Shown here: one piece after another, positions 1 to 15,249 of the stretch
Layout: each line of letters opens with the position of its first letter
Position numbering within the stretch: position 1 is the stretch's first letter
Origin: Chrysomallon squamiferum
Lineage: Eukaryota; Animalia; Mollusca
Direction of reading: 5' to 3'
NCBI GenBank assembly: GCA_012295275.1
Contig: CM022670.1
Location: 9,610,001-9,674,000, forward strand
DNA length: 64,000 nucleotides
Notes under the pieces: model-generated
Database searches by the model: none
What the model was told of the DNA's origin: nothing
Seen by the model: the letters and a program-made list of their open reading frames with translations, nothing else
Translations under genes and position numbers: made by a program

Positions 1-1743
1 TGTTTTTATTGTTTGTTTTTGTGTTTTTTAAAAAGAGATTCTGACAATAAAATGCTTTAAATATAACAAAGGAAAATGACAGAAAAAAAAGAAGAAAAAA
101 TGAATAATGAATCGTCAATAACAGCGAGTAATTTAATAACAGTCCTGAAACATAAACAGTGATAATGTTTTTATTTTTGTTTTATGAATTTCAAGATTTA
201 AACACAAACGGATGAAAAAATCCAAAAATGTCGTAAGTTTTTCACAGAACAGAAATCTGTGGGTTAACATTATACAGAACATTGAGTGGGTTAAAATAAT
301 AATAATAATAATGATATATTATATTATGAATATATTTCTCTATTATTAATTTTATACTTAAAACACATTTTGCTGAACTGAACGGAACATTATTTGCATT
401 CTGTCCGTAATGAATGGGCTTTTGAGGTACATTCTAAAAATATAAGCAGTATAAAAATAAATACATAACAGACACGATGACATATTCATTACAGTAATCA
501 CGTACATAAGATATTTAAAGATGTAAACACGTATACATCTACGGATGCGTACATTTATTTACTGAAGTACAGAGAATATACATAATAGTAAAAATTCCTA
601 AAAACAAATGTATTTTATAATTATTTTGCAGAAAACAGAAATCACTTTTTTGGACAATAAAATACCATTTTGATTTTAAGGTGTTTGTTTTATTTACTCC
701 TAGCAGACTAATCGTTTCAAATCAATAAGTATAAATAATCTGTCCTAAAAAATTACAATCTGTGAATAACTCCACAGGCACTCACGTCATCACCTGAGAT
801 CGTACATAATAAATGCAAAAAAAAAAAAAAAAGAGGAGATAAACTAATAAAAGAACCAATGCTACCAATGACTGACTCACTCCTGTCTGTCTACATTGCA
901 AGTTCATATAAATAAAAGTTAATTACTTTCTGAGAAGTGTTTATTGAACTCTGCGATTTTGGTTTTTATTTTATTTTAATTTTTTTTTTTTTTTTTTGTT
1001 ATTATTAATTAACCTTTATAATTTCAGTAATAAATTTGATTAGTTTATTGTCTTTCTTGATGACAACGTGTTCTGCAGGGAATACATCATCTACAAAATC
1101 ATTTTTTTAATTCAATCGTGTGTTAACACTAACTATTGTGAGCGTGCTCTCTGAAATCAATAAACGTCATGCAAACTATTGGACGTGCTGTTAAACACTG
1201 AATCAGCTGTTGACATTTCTAATGGCGCTGGTGAAACCACATCACAGGACATTAATTCATTTCTCATTTATTGTCATGAACCGGTGTGTGTAAATAGTTT
1301 AAAACCAGAGATGCCTACGATACGGTTTTTTTGTTTGTTTTTGTCTTTTTTTATCAATGGTAAAATGCTTTTTGAGTAAATGAAGTGAAATGAAACGTTG
1401 TTTGAGGCATTCGTGCTCCATGGATAAATTCCGCTCGATCAGTTATCAAAACAGAACTGGCGTTCACAAAACAGAGCACGAGACTATGTAGTCCAGACGT
1501 AGAGAAATCAAAACGTGATGCTTATTAAACGTACGAAAATGCATTTGATTTTAAGTCATCTCGATTATCAATTCTGAACATCGCTACGAATCTGGAATGT
1601 TGTTTTAATTCCGTCGAAAAATAATATATTTCACTGAAGTCATTTTTCTTCCGTGAACCATTGTGCTCGGACAGTTTGATCTCGTTACTTAATGTTTCTA
1701 GTGCAGCTGCTGTTATTTTAACATTGCCAAAGAAAAATTTGGA

Positions 1744-2278
1744 ATGAAGTGCAAAGAGACAGAATCGGATTGGGATAGAGAAAATGAAGTGAAGCAGAAA
1801 GACGAAGACGTATCAGTTGCTGCGATATGGAAAGACTTTTGTGAGCACACTGGCTTCCATGCTTACAATAAACTGAACCCCGAGAAAAACAAAAGAATTC
1901 GTTGGTAAGTGTAGTTACACGTATCTTCATACTAATAAATAGTTAAGTGCCGTTATTATTATTATTTATTTATTTTCAGCTCTCGTTATTTTGTATTATT
2001 AAATTACTCAACAGAACGTCTAGTTCATCTTTTCTTTAGTTGATGAATAACTGGAATCTTTGTTTACTCATTTACTCACATTAGTTTTCTGATAATAGGA
2101 ATATTTCTCTTTTTTTATTGTATTCTGCGCAGCTGTAAATGTATATCGATATATTAATATACTAATATATATATATATATATATTGTTGCATTCACTATA
2201 TATAAAATTAACTCTATCCCTATATTTACATAATAGTTACATACACCGAGAAACATAAACACCCACCTACACAAATGT

Positions 2279-2320
<42 letters not shown>

Positions 2321-5120
2321 GTGTGTATATGACAAATAATGAAAAATCCATAAACAACAAAACATATTTAGTTTATCTCCGGTTGAAAAAGTAACTTTAT
2401 GTCGCAATACTTAGCTATTAATACCTGACTTGTCTATGTCACAAATCTTATAGTTCAACTATCAAAACATACAAATTAACTGAAACCCAGTCAACTTATT
2501 TTAGCCACCACTGAATGAATTGTAAGTACAGATGTAGTAATGAAATATTTTTGTTCTTGCCAAATTATTTTATTTAATTAGGCTTGCCTACGATTAACTG
2601 ATTAAAATAAATTCGTAAAAATAGTCACTGTACGCATTCTTCCAGATGAACTTGTCCTACGATTTTAAGCTATTATTATATGCAGAAACTGCTGATACAT
2701 TTCCTGATTGTACTAAAGCTCTTATTAATTAATTAATTAATTATATATAATTTATTTGGGTTCCAAAATAACTACACTCGATTACTGGTATTTTCAAGAA
2801 AATGAAAAACATTTCCTTTACCGGAAAAATAACGAGAAAAAAAAAAGAAACAAAGAAAGAAAGAAAGAAATATGCATAATGTACTCAACTCTGAAAACAT
2901 CTAGCTTTTAGTAGTTTGTGAACTAACAGCTAATTTTCAAAGGATTTCCTACTGGCACTGGCTTATTCATGATGACAGTTTCGACAATTTACTTTTTCTT
3001 AATAACTGTTTCACACTATGAGCCGAGTTTTCTTTCACACATCAGCTTCTGGTGGACGCTGATGGTGATGACCATGTCCGCGTACCTCATCTACACGGTC
3101 ATAGCAGAGCTGAACAACTACTACAGCTACCCGTTCATCACCGGGTTCCGCGTGGAGAAGAAGGACCGGATTCCCTTCCCGGCCGTGACGCTGTGCAACC
3201 AGTGCCCGCTGAACCGCTCCGCGATAGGAAACGACTCCGTCCTCAACAACTACTTCCTCGCGCAGAGCAAACTGAAGAAGGAGGCCAGCCCGATCGACTG
3301 GAGCGACAACGAGACGTACGGCGAGTTCTACACGAAGGAGCACTCCGTCGACTGGTGGAGAGAGAAGTACGGCAAGTTCGAGTCGCTGGCCAGGATGTGT
3401 ATGTTTCAAGGGGAGAGAATCGTGCCTTGTTCCGACATGTTCACGCCCGTGTTCACGGCCGTCGGTCTGTGCTACACGTTCAACGGCAACGCCAGCAGGA
3501 GGCTGAACGTGTCGCTGTCGGGAGCGGACAACAATCTGGTGATGATCATCATGGTCGAACAGGATCTTTACGTGTATAACCAACAGCTGTCTGCCGGATA
3601 CAAGGCAAGTATGCAGAACTTCAAATGTTAATGTTGACCTGTGACTGGGAGGTTATAATCCATCTGTATTGTAATTTTCCAAAATATATCCCCGTCTAAC
3701 TCGAAAACATTAGAGAAATTCGTCATTCAAAGTAAGCTTTCTGGTTAATATATCTGCAAGAAAAAATCGAAAACAACATCTGATAGCAAAATGTTTTTAA
3801 ATTATTAATCTCCAATTAAATGGAAATGAAAGAAAAATAAAAGAATGACAGAAAATACTGTAATTTATCATGATCATCATCAACATCATATCTGTTATTA
3901 TTAACATCATTGCCATCAACCCCATCGACATCGTTATGACTATCACCATCATCATCATCATTATTATTATTATTATGTCGACTTTCTTTTAGATTCTCCT
4001 TCACGACCCAGAAGAACATCCAGATTCTGTGATATCAGAGATTGTCACTGCTCCGGGATATTCTACATACGTATCTATGAAGAAAACTGTTGTGCGTTTG
4101 TCGTTGTTTGAAATACTTACTCATACACAGTAGTCTACGTACTCTGATCATAAAACTCGGTCTGGAATGTCTGTGGCTTTTTCGTATTTGTTTTTCTACG
4201 TTTGTATCTATGAATAAATGTGTGCGTGTGTGCGTGTGTGCATGTGTGCGTGTGTGCGTTTGTAGCTCCCCGGGCATTTTAGGAAATTCCTTTGTCAGTT
4301 CTTTTTCAGTTTGATCCCATAACAGTAAGAATTAATAATCTGATTCTCGACAATTTGACTCCACTCAAGAAATGTTCCCTATTTTATTTTATTTATTTAC
4401 TACTTTAGAAAATTTTCCTTTATGTTTTGAACATTACAAAATGTTGTTATTGTAATTACTACCACTACTACTATTACTACTACTACTACTGCTGCTGCTG
4501 CTGGAGCTACTGCTACTACTACTACTATAATTATTTATTAATTTATTTATTTATTCATTCATTCATTCATTTTCAAATTATCTCCTGCCAAGGCAGCAAA
4601 GTATATTCCATTTGATTTCAGTACAAGTATCTACCAGCCCCGTTCAAGGCATTCGGTGATTCGGACTGTGTAGACACGACGTCCACGACGTTCGTCAACC
4701 CGCTGAAATACTACAAATACTACACCTACGAACACTGCTTGCTTGAGTGTACTGCGGAAACACTTTTCAAACACTGTGGATGTGTCATGCCAAATGATCC
4801 ACGTAAGGTTAATTAATGTATTGTGAAACAAAAATGACGATAACAAATAATAACAACGACAGCAACACATCATGATCATCATCATCATCATTATCATCAA
4901 CAAGAAAAGTATTGCAATTCTGTATATCGTTATATGTATTTTATTATTTGCAATAAACTGATCTTATTATTTACTTATTAGTCTTTCCATATCTCAGCAA
5001 CTGATACTTCTTCGTCTTTCTGCTTCATCTTCATCTATCCCAAGATTATTATTATGATGATTATGATGACGGATATGTTGAAGATGATGATGATGATGAT
5101 TGTTGTTGTGATTATTAATA

Positions 5121-5165
<45 letters not shown>

Positions 5166-5495
5166 GCCGATATGTATTTCTTCATGACAAAAATCTTTTT
5201 CTTTTCAAAATATCAGCCCATATTTTTCACTTCTGTCGCCTAGGTATGGATTATTATCATTATTATATAATTTGCTTTTATTGATATTTTATTAGGTTAT
5301 GCTGAAGGATCATTAGCTGGTGTATCTACTTCTGTTGATGTACGAGTATGTTTGTTTGTTTGTTTGTTTGTTTGTTTGTTTGTTTATTTGTTTATTTTGT
5401 TGCAGCTCTAGGTCCTATTTGTTCTTTAAGATCTCAGGCTCAGTGCTACATGCCAAAACTGAGTAAGTAGTTGTAAAATACACATACATACAGAC

Positions 5496-5578
<83 letters not shown>

Positions 5579-7606
5579 GACAAGATGAAAAAAATATGAA
5601 AAACTATTTACGTACATACAAACATACAGATAAAGATCCATTTATACGTAAATACATAAACATACATTTATATATACATAGAAACACACACACACACATA
5701 CCTACATACATACATATTTATATATATATACACATACATACATACACAGACATACATACACATACACGTACACACACACACACACACGTACACACATACA
5801 TAGGTACGTACATAACACAGGTATATCTAATATTGTAGTGAACACGCGGACGAACACAACAGCTCAGGCTAACTGTCAGTGTAGAGACACGTGCACTAAC
5901 ACGGCCTATGATGTCCAGCTGTCCACTGCGGGCTTTCCGTCTCAGGTGTGGAACGACTTCATGGTCAACAGAGGATTTACTTCCAGTGAGACATACGCCA
6001 AGTAAGATAACCGGCGTTAATGCATTATGACAATTTTGTTTAGTCCTAGTAATACTGATGAAAAAACAAACAAAAAAGAAATACATAAAATCCACATTCT
6101 TTGTTGTATTTAGTAATATGTAAACAGATGTAACAAAACGAAATTAAAGTTAAAATAAAAAAATAAATTAAATTGTAGTAATTGTTTAATGGATATTTTA
6201 GTGTTATGGTAATTTTTACAGTTTATTGTTTCATGGATATTTTAAATGTTATGGTAATTTTTGTGTTTATTGTTTAATGGATTTTTCAGTGTTATGGTAA
6301 TTTTTGTGTTTATTGTTTAATGGATTTTTCAGTGTTATGGTACTTTTAGTGTTTATTGTTTCAGGGTTATGGTAATTTTACTGTTTATTGTTTCATGGAT
6401 ATTTCAGTGTTATAAACTGTTTTGTATTTCTCAAAACGTGAATATATTGTAAGATTATATGGTATAATAATTCACTCCTATTACGAATATCCTTCATCGT
6501 TTTTTGTTATGATACATGTTGTAATGATTTATAAGTAAACTGTTTTATATGTAACAATCACAGAATAAATAATATTTTGCTGGGAAATATTGCAAAATAT
6601 TTTTATACTTTCTGTTTGTTTGTTTCTTTGTTTGTTTGCTTGTTTACTTATTTTATCTTATCTTATTTTTCATTTATTCTGTATTTATTTATATATTTTT
6701 ACTTGTGTCTTAATGATTGATTTATTTACTGTTTATTTTGTATTTATATATTTATATATCCATACATATACTTACTAATTAATTAATTAATTATTTTATA
6801 TTTATTCATTTATTTATTCTTTTGCTTTCCAGGAACAATGCTTTAGAGTTGCGTATTTTCTTCAATCAGATGTTGGTAGAAACAGTTGAACAAACACCAG
6901 TTTACAAGACAGAAACAATTGTTGGTAAATAAATTCATTTTTTTTTACAAAAACCCTAATTTACCTCAGAAACTACGTTGTAATGATGTCGTCATCATTC
7001 TGAAAGATAAACCCAAAATTTTTTTTTGACGTTGTTATAAATACTGCGATTATCACATTCAATACGCGAGTATCGATGTCTTTTTATCGATATTTTAAAC
7101 GTGGTTTTAACAACAAACAAAATCACTTTATTTAAACTCACATCGTGCAGTATATTTCGCGAGCAAATCTATAAACTCTGGTGCATTAGTTTGGACTGCA
7201 CAAATTCAGTACAAAATGATTTCTTCACGTATGTAATTTCTTCCAGTAGCCTGAAGGGAAAGAAAATAAATAAATGAAGAATAATTGCTTCATAGATATT
7301 CTTTAAAATTGGATATGTCATCAGTTAATGTATATATGTTGATTTAACATGATAAAAAGAAGACTGTGCCTATTTGTCTGTGTGTCTAATTTCAAAAACT
7401 GCAAATACAAAACGACTGTGACTGATTACGACTTTTCAAACAACTTGCATTTATTTTCAGCAAATCTCGGTGGTCAGATGGGAATTTGTCTTGGAGCCAG
7501 CATCCTGACTTTGACAGAACTTGGAGAATTTTTGGTATTTCTGTTTTTGTACTTACTGCACCGACTGAGGTTAGCATGCGGTGTCAGAAAGACTTCCAGT
7601 CAATGA
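1744..7606 (+). CDS. DEG/ENaC (ASIC-like) amiloride-sensitive sodium channel subunit, channel A (~485 aa, 8 coding exons)
   Basis: Phase-consistent exons 1744-1904, 3046-3604, 3993-4091, 4622-4802, 5406-5462, 5839-6001, 6833-6924, 7461-7606. Motifs: pre-TM1 WKDFCEHTGFHA, TM1 FWWTLMVMTMSAYLIYTV, FPAVTLCN, GLCYTFN, Cys-rich thumb (C..EC..HCGC..C..C..CQC..C), TM2 NLGGQMGICLGASILTLTE. All introns GT-AG except intron 2 (GC-AG). Confidence 0.93.
6181..6414. repeat. ~43-bp minisatellite, ~5.5 copies, in intron 6 of channel A
   Basis: Repeating unit ttgtttaatggatttttcagtgttatggtaatttttgtgttta with variants. Confidence 0.85.
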
Positions 7607-8241
7607 GACGATGTCATACAATACATTAATATCAGAGGCGGATGAAGGATTTCCTCAGATAGGGAAGATTCATCTCCGTGGTGTATATAACTTTCATGTA
7701 GATGTCAAAAAAAACAACTAAAAACAAGAACCAAAAGCCAACAAAAAAAAGAAATATATGCCAAAAAAGCACAAAAAAACACACAATAATCACCCCCCAA
7801 AATAATATATTTAAAAAAGAAAAAGAAAAAACAACACAAAAAAGCACACAATAAAACCAACAAAACAACCCAACAAACAGAACAAATAAGAAAAGCGCCG
7901 ACACAAAAAAAAATTGTCATTTAATCTTTACACTGCACTTCTTAATACAATTGCTCCGTGAAAATCCATTACTACAGAATGTTATTTAGAATTTAAAATA
8001 CTTAGTGGTAGAATATCTTTGTGTCGTTAAAAGGAGGGAAGGAAAGAATAAACAATAAGCTTGACTGTTGAAGAATTTGGAGTTTCGTTTCCAAAAGACT
8101 AGAATACAGTTGTAATTACTATACACGGATATTATCACGGTGCTGTACAGTCACTGAGCGAGTTCTATAACCAAATGTTTTTTATTTTATACTGTGTAAT
8201 GTGTAATGTGTTCTGTGTTTTCTACCTGGTCATTTTTTCTG

Positions 8242-9038
8242 TCAGTTTTCATCGTGGACATAGCGTTTTGAAACATAAATAAAACGAGGAAACAATAAAT
8301 TGTATTTATTTTTTTTATTTCGTTCGAAAAATTGGAATATCTGCTTATAAATATTTATACAATGTATGTATGTAGCATGTGTATATAGTTTATACACCTT
8401 ATTTATACTATAAATTCCACTATAAACTTTGATCACAAAACCTCCACCTGGTTTTAAAGAAATCTCTTTTAGTGATACAGTCTCCGTTTCGTCCGTTCCC
8501 AAGTCACCAATGGCTACAACAACGCTACCTTTATCTTTATTAACAGGATGGATACTATAGTCATCCGTTGATATCTCGTGACCAAAATTCATAACCACAA
8601 GAAACCTTTCATCTCTTTCTGAGTTTCTCACATACGACGGGATGTTCTTATTTACGACAGCGTACTGAAGGTCGCCGGTTTGAAAAGCTGGTCGCTCTCT
8701 CAGAATAGATAACTTTCTGTATAACTGAAGTGGCGAGACTGACTTTGAATTCTTCTGTGCCTGCAGCGAGAAATCACTGTATGAATATTGTCCGTATATG
8801 CATTTATTTATTTTTATGTTCAAATCGTTCATATTTCAAGCTGTTTATCTATCTCTCGGTTAGTCTGTCGTTATATTTATCTTTCTATCTATTTATCTTT
8901 CTTGTTGTATTAGTCTCGTTACTCACAAACGCACACACAAACACACATTAATATACTATGAAAGTATACAAACGTGTATGTGTGTATATATTTATAACGA
9001 ACACATATACATGCTTACATACATACATATATACATGT

Positions 9039-9097
<59 letters not shown>

Positions 9098-9660
9098 ACA
9101 TAACATAACGTACATTTACCTCAAAATTAACTGTTTTGTAGTTGGGGTGAACGGGAAGCCATGGTTTTGACGACGTTGTAAATCCTGACTGCTGTGAAGA
9201 CGTCCACTGCATTGGAGAACGACATGCATCACGTGAAAAGTCAGCATAGTAGTCCTGTAAACACATTTTACAATAACATCATCATCACCGTCATCATTTC
9301 TCAAGACATATTTTTATTATTATTGTTGTTGTAGTTGTTGTCGTTATCATTAATATTATTATTATTATTGTTGTTGCTTTTCTTATTGCTGTTGTTGTTT
9401 ATTTATTTATTTATTTATTATTAACACTTACATTTTATAAAACTTTATTATTAACAAATTTTAATTCATGTATCAAACATATTAAACCGTTCATTACAAC
9501 GCTATGAAATATTTATATATTAATAACCATTTAACACTTAACTGGATTCTCGAATGCGCCAGACCGGTAAAAATATAATTAATAATTTATTTAATATTTA
9601 TTTTTATTATTGTTTGTTTCTCGGTGTGCTTTTTTTTAAAATTATTATTTGTTGTAGTTG

Positions 9661-9694
<34 letters not shown>

Positions 9695-12600
9695 GCGCTT
9701 GACCAGTAAAAATATAATTAATAACGAAAATTATGCCTAATCACTTTGATCGTTTTAGTTTATTATACATATTTTCATTTTCATTCTTAGTTACCTGTTG
9801 TCATAGATATTTACTTTTTCATTCTAGGTTACCTTTTATCACAGATATTTACTTTTTTGTTGTATTTTGTTACCTTTCCTTGATTAATCCCGGCAGGATC
9901 TTTTGTGTCTTCGTAACTGACGTCAATGTCCTCCATGCCGATCTCCTCTCCGTAGTACGTGGTTGGCGTCCCTCGCAGAGTGAGCAGCAGCATGTTAAAA
10001 ACATCAACAAAGTATTTACCAAACCTGCCAGACACCCGCTTTCTGTCGTGATTACCCAGCTTGAAGAAAACAGAGAAACACATTAAAACACAGTAGGCGA
10101 TTGTACAGACTCAATATACAAAATGGCAAAACTCAGTTAAAATAGAGAAATAAATAAATAAATTAATTAAAAATTACCAAATCATTTATGCACTAAAGCT
10201 TTATTAATATTAAAACGATGGTATTAAAACAATAAAATAATATACTATTTTTAATGTTAAAAAAAAAAAAAAAAAAACATTTAGATCTTTTGCTACTATC
10301 ACCACTGTTTCCTTCACGACAGTACTTTTTCCTTTACAATCCAGTGAAATCAGCGTTAGAGTTGTAGCTGAATTCATTTCACGCTTATCTACCTTACGTT
10401 AAAACAAAACGTACTACAAACTTGGGCCACGTCCCGGGCGGCAGGTTGGAGTACTCTTTCTCAATGACGTCTCGAAGACAAAGTCCACCACAGCCTGAGG
10501 TGACGTCCGAAATGAGGTCGAAGTTGAAAGGAACTGCGCCGTATTTGTAATACAGATTTCTTTCTGCTGGCTGCTCGTACGTCTCAATGACCATAAATCT
10601 GAAACAAAACTGACTTCATCTGTCAGAGTTCACCGCACCAAACTCTACGATGGTTGTTGAATCAGTCCTTCTTAGCGAACCTTTCAAATCTATTTTCCAA
10701 AACCGCATCCTTTCTGTGATTTTAATGTATGCTGAATTAATGTATGCACAACATGTATTTTATATCGGGAAAGAGTATACCTCATATCTCTCCGTTCCAA
10801 ACAATAATGAAACTGTACCAGTGAGTCAGAGAGAAGAACCAAAAGGGACAGTGACTCCCAGAACCTTCCCGGGTATCTAGGCGTCCTCAACCCTCAACCC
10901 TAAGGCCAACTGTTGTTCACCGCACGCCATCCATTACATTATTTTCATTATTCAACAGAGAATTACACGCAGAGTAGATGTTTAATACAAAATACTTAGT
11001 GAATTATCGCAGCAGTATAATCAATCTAAAGAGATAGAGGTAAGACAGGATATTTGTTTTCGTTATGTACATAATACTCATTCCACCAGATTGCAATAAC
11101 TGAAATGCTTCAGCAGGAATAATTGCAAAACAGTGCTATTGAAAATGCTATTAGAATTAACTGTCCTCGTGAACAATAAGCTCGATGTTAAAAGTAATTT
11201 GTTTATTTTGCTTCACGAAGTCAGGATAATTGTCAATTAGTGCGTAATGTTTCATATTGTATGTCTCAAGTTTCCAGTGTACGTGTCATTAACGTTGATG
11301 TCATTCTACGACGTTAATTTCTTTTCTGTTTTTCTCTTTATCTTGCTTATTTATGGGTGGTATTTTATTATTTTCTTTTTATTATAAAGACACACCAACA
11401 CATTATTTTATACTAATAGATAGATGTAGATAAACACACAATCATGCGCTCTTAAAAAAAAACAAGTGAAGTATAAATTTAACCTTTAGGTTTTCAGTGT
11501 ATCTTAAACAACAGTTTTTTTTTTTTTTTTTTTTTTTAAATAAATCAAAGACGGAGTGGGCACGAACATCTATTTTCTGGTAATATGATTCTTTATTTGT
11601 CTTACCATAAAAAGTTGAGCATCGTTGAAGTTTTCAATAAAGGTTCACTGTTTAGCATATATTGAAGCGCACACTTGTATTCCAGTCTTGCATTTAATTT
11701 TTTGTTTTATATTGATATACTGGAATCAGGAAGCTTATTAGATGTAGTCCTTGTGTGAGTAAATGAGTGTCTGTGTGTATATGTAAGTGAGTGTGTTGTT
11801 TTACTTTAAAAAAAAAAAGCTTAACATTTTTGAGCAAATCATGTATTTAAACTATTTTTCTTAACTGTGTAGTTCAGTTTATCACTTATTGTTGTTGTGT
11901 GGGTTTTTTGTGGAGGTTTTATTAGTTTTATTAATTTTCTTCTTTTTTGTGTGTGTTGTTTGTTTGTATGTTGTTGTTTTTTTGTTCTGTTATTTTTGTT
12001 TTGTTTTTAGTTTCTTGTTGTTTTTGTTTGTTGTTTTTTTAATCAGAAAAGAAAATTGAAATAGTTTAATGCGTTACCTGTCGATTCCTTCGCGTTTTTC
12101 AAATTCATTCAAAACTTCCAGCCCTGCACTACGTCGAAGATCTCAGGAAGACTCTCTGTGTACGGGTGATTTAGAAATTCGTACTGGTTCTGAAACGTTC
12201 GAGATAAATATTTTACCTTAATTTGGCTTTCAGTTATGAATGCATACACTGTGTGACTCTGTGTGTTACTATATCAGGCTACATCTCTTTTTTATTTGTT
12301 ATATGTGTGGAAAAACACGATAGCCATTTAAAAGCATTGGCAACACTTGCGTAGTTATGCTGGTAATTAATTTTTAATTTTATTTACCTCGTGGTAATTT
12401 TTGTTGTTGCTAGGCGGTTCGTCCTTGGATAAATCCTGAATTTCGAAGAGTTTCTGAAGAGCATCAACTCTTATGCCATCAATTCCTTTAGTAAACCAGA
12501 ACCTTAGCACATCCTGAAATATACACCAGTAAAATACATTCGAAAAATTACCACATTAAATTAAGCTATTGTTAGTAATCATTCAGAAAACTACGTTTAT

Positions 12601-14703
12601 GTGTGTTTGTGTGTAAGTGTATGTATTTTTGTATGTATGTGCTCATATGTGAATGTGTATCTACTTAAATCTATGTATGTATTTGTGTATCAATGTATGT
12701 CCGTAGGTACGGATGTATATATGAATACGTAGATATATGTATCTTTGCATGTATCTGGATGTGTCAGTTTGTAAACAATTCTCTTATAACTATAAAACAA
12801 AGAAAACTATAAAATAAAGAAAACCATAATTCTACCTGAATAGTTTTTTTCTTTAAAATATATCATCACATCCGTCCGTACAGAATTAGAGCTAATCTCA
12901 CATCCTACATTTTTTATTTAATATGTATTTAATGATATTTAATAAAAAAAATTAAAAAATTCATTTAGTGACATATGTGACTTATCACATCAAAATAATC
13001 CTAATATGTGCACAACGACGGCCTAGGAGTACAGCACCAGATTACAGTCATGTTGCTCTACTCGTAATTTTTCGTCCTGCTTGCGGTGTTTTCTCTTTTT
13101 TTTTGACGTATTGTTTGCTCTTTCGTTACCTTCATGTCTTCAACTACTGCAGGGTTTCTGTAGTTCAGATCAGGCTGCTGACTCAGAAATGCGTGATAAT
13201 AAAACTGTTTTCTTTTCTCATTCCACGTCCATGCCGTACCGGCGAAGACAGACAGCTTAAAGAGAAATTAATGTTTATCTTTATGTATACATGTGTATAT
13301 GCATGTATGTATGAATGTATGTAAGTATGTATGTATGTATGTATGTATGCGTGTATGTATGTATGTATGTGTGTGTATGTATATATGTATGAATGTATGT
13401 GTATGTGTTTCTGTGTGTCTGTATGTATGTATGTATATATATATCCATATATAAATGTATGTGTATGTGCATTTGCGTAGATATATATTATAAACACACA
13501 CGCATACACATACAGACAAACATACATACAAACATATGACCGCATGTCCGTACGTCTGTATATAAATAAGTACATACACACATACGTATATACATATTAA
13601 CTGAAGACAAGAAAAAACAGTATCAGAAAATGTACCCAGTTGTTAGGTGGTGTTCTTTTTCCGTCAGAAGTCGTGACTCCGTCAGTCCAGACGTAATAAT
13701 CTTTATACACGTCATCACCTTCCACGCTTTTTTCAAACCAGACGTGTTTTTCACTCGTGTGATTAGGCACGAAGTCCAGTATTATTCGGATACCTAGAAT
13801 AACAGCAACAGTGGCCATATCAAGAACAGCATCACTAATCAAACAACATAATAATGACAAGATAGACAAAAAGACAAAGAAAATGACAAGAAAATAAAAA
13901 TATAAATAATAAAAATAATAATAATATGAGATGATGATGATGAGGTTGATGATGGCAATGAAATGATGAATTCAGAATATAAGAAGCGTCATGAAATAAT
14001 GACCTCTATTTAAAATATCTACTGAAATATTCATTTAGAGTACGCATATAAATTAAAGTCTGAATTATAGTAATAAGAAGAAGAAGAAGAAGATGATGAT
14101 GATGAAGAAGAAGAATTATAGATAAGTTTATCTGTCTATTTATTAATATGCCTTAGGTTGTTTTTTTTTAATTTTTTTTTTATTTTTTAAACAATGGATA
14201 CAACGCAACTGTACATTTGTATCTAAACCTAAATACACACACATATTTATTGGCATGCGTGTTACATAAGTAGACGTACGTAGAATACTGATATTTCGCA
14301 TTACCTTTAGCGTGGGCTTGCGATACTAAATTCTCAAAATCATTTAGATTTCCAAACGTGGGATCCACCTTAGTAAAGTTGGAGATGTCGTAGCCAAAAT
14401 CTGCCCCCGGAGACTCGTAGAATGGACTAAGCCAGAGCGCCTTGACGTTCAAGTAAACAAAGTAGTCCAGTTTAGATATTACACCTGAAAAAATGATGAT
14501 TTTGTAGTGTTTAAAAAATAAATTCGGAATATTTATCTATTTATTTACTTATTTTATTTTTTACTTATTTAGTTATTATTTATTTGTTTGTTTATTTGTT
14601 TAATTTTTTTTATTTATTCGTAGCTTTTCGTAAATTAATATTGCTTACAGTATTATATGTAAGTATATATCTATGTGTGTATCTATATGTATGAATGAAT
14701 GTT

Positions 14704-14739
<36 letters not shown>

Positions 14740-15194
14740 CGTATGTACAGATTTATGGATATAGCTATACGTGTGTGCATGTGTTTGTGTATTATGATCT
14801 AAGACACAGTTTAAAGTAAACAGATAAGAATCGACTGCTTCTTCTAACACTACCCTGCTTGAATTTACGTCACTGCGACGAAGAAAGATAATATTGTGTA
14901 AATATCTATGTCCTTGATATTCTGCAGTACTCTATTTTCAGTTTTCTACGTTCAGTAGGTGACAAAAACGCCGAGCTGTTTTTTAACGCGTGTTTGAATA
15001 ATATTATCTTCCGTGGTGATGATGAAGTAATTTCATGAGCGCCGATAACATTAATACTTAACTCTATACTAAATTAGCACAGTTAGCATATCGGTGCTTA
15101 TGTGTACCTCTGTATGTGTTTGTGTGTGTGCACTATCTGTGTTTCTCTCTCTTAACGTTTTAATTTAGATATCTTCGTATCCATATATTTATTG

Positions 15195-15249
<55 letters not shown>

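Noticed and set aside
3035-3583. Long antisense and alternative-frame ORFs over channel exon 2 (also 3052-3579 and 32438-33016)
   Set aside because: By-product of GC3-rich codon usage in the real exon; no recognisable protein features.
6181-6414. Regular repeats as a possible CRISPR-like array (also 55390-55640, 59241-59486)
   Set aside because: No unique spacers, eukaryotic intronic context and no cas genes; ordinary minisatellites.
10800-10935. GC-richer intronic patch resembling a SINE fragment or telomere-like aaccct units
   Set aside because: Pol III boxes too degenerate and only two aaccct units; cannot be supported without a repeat library.
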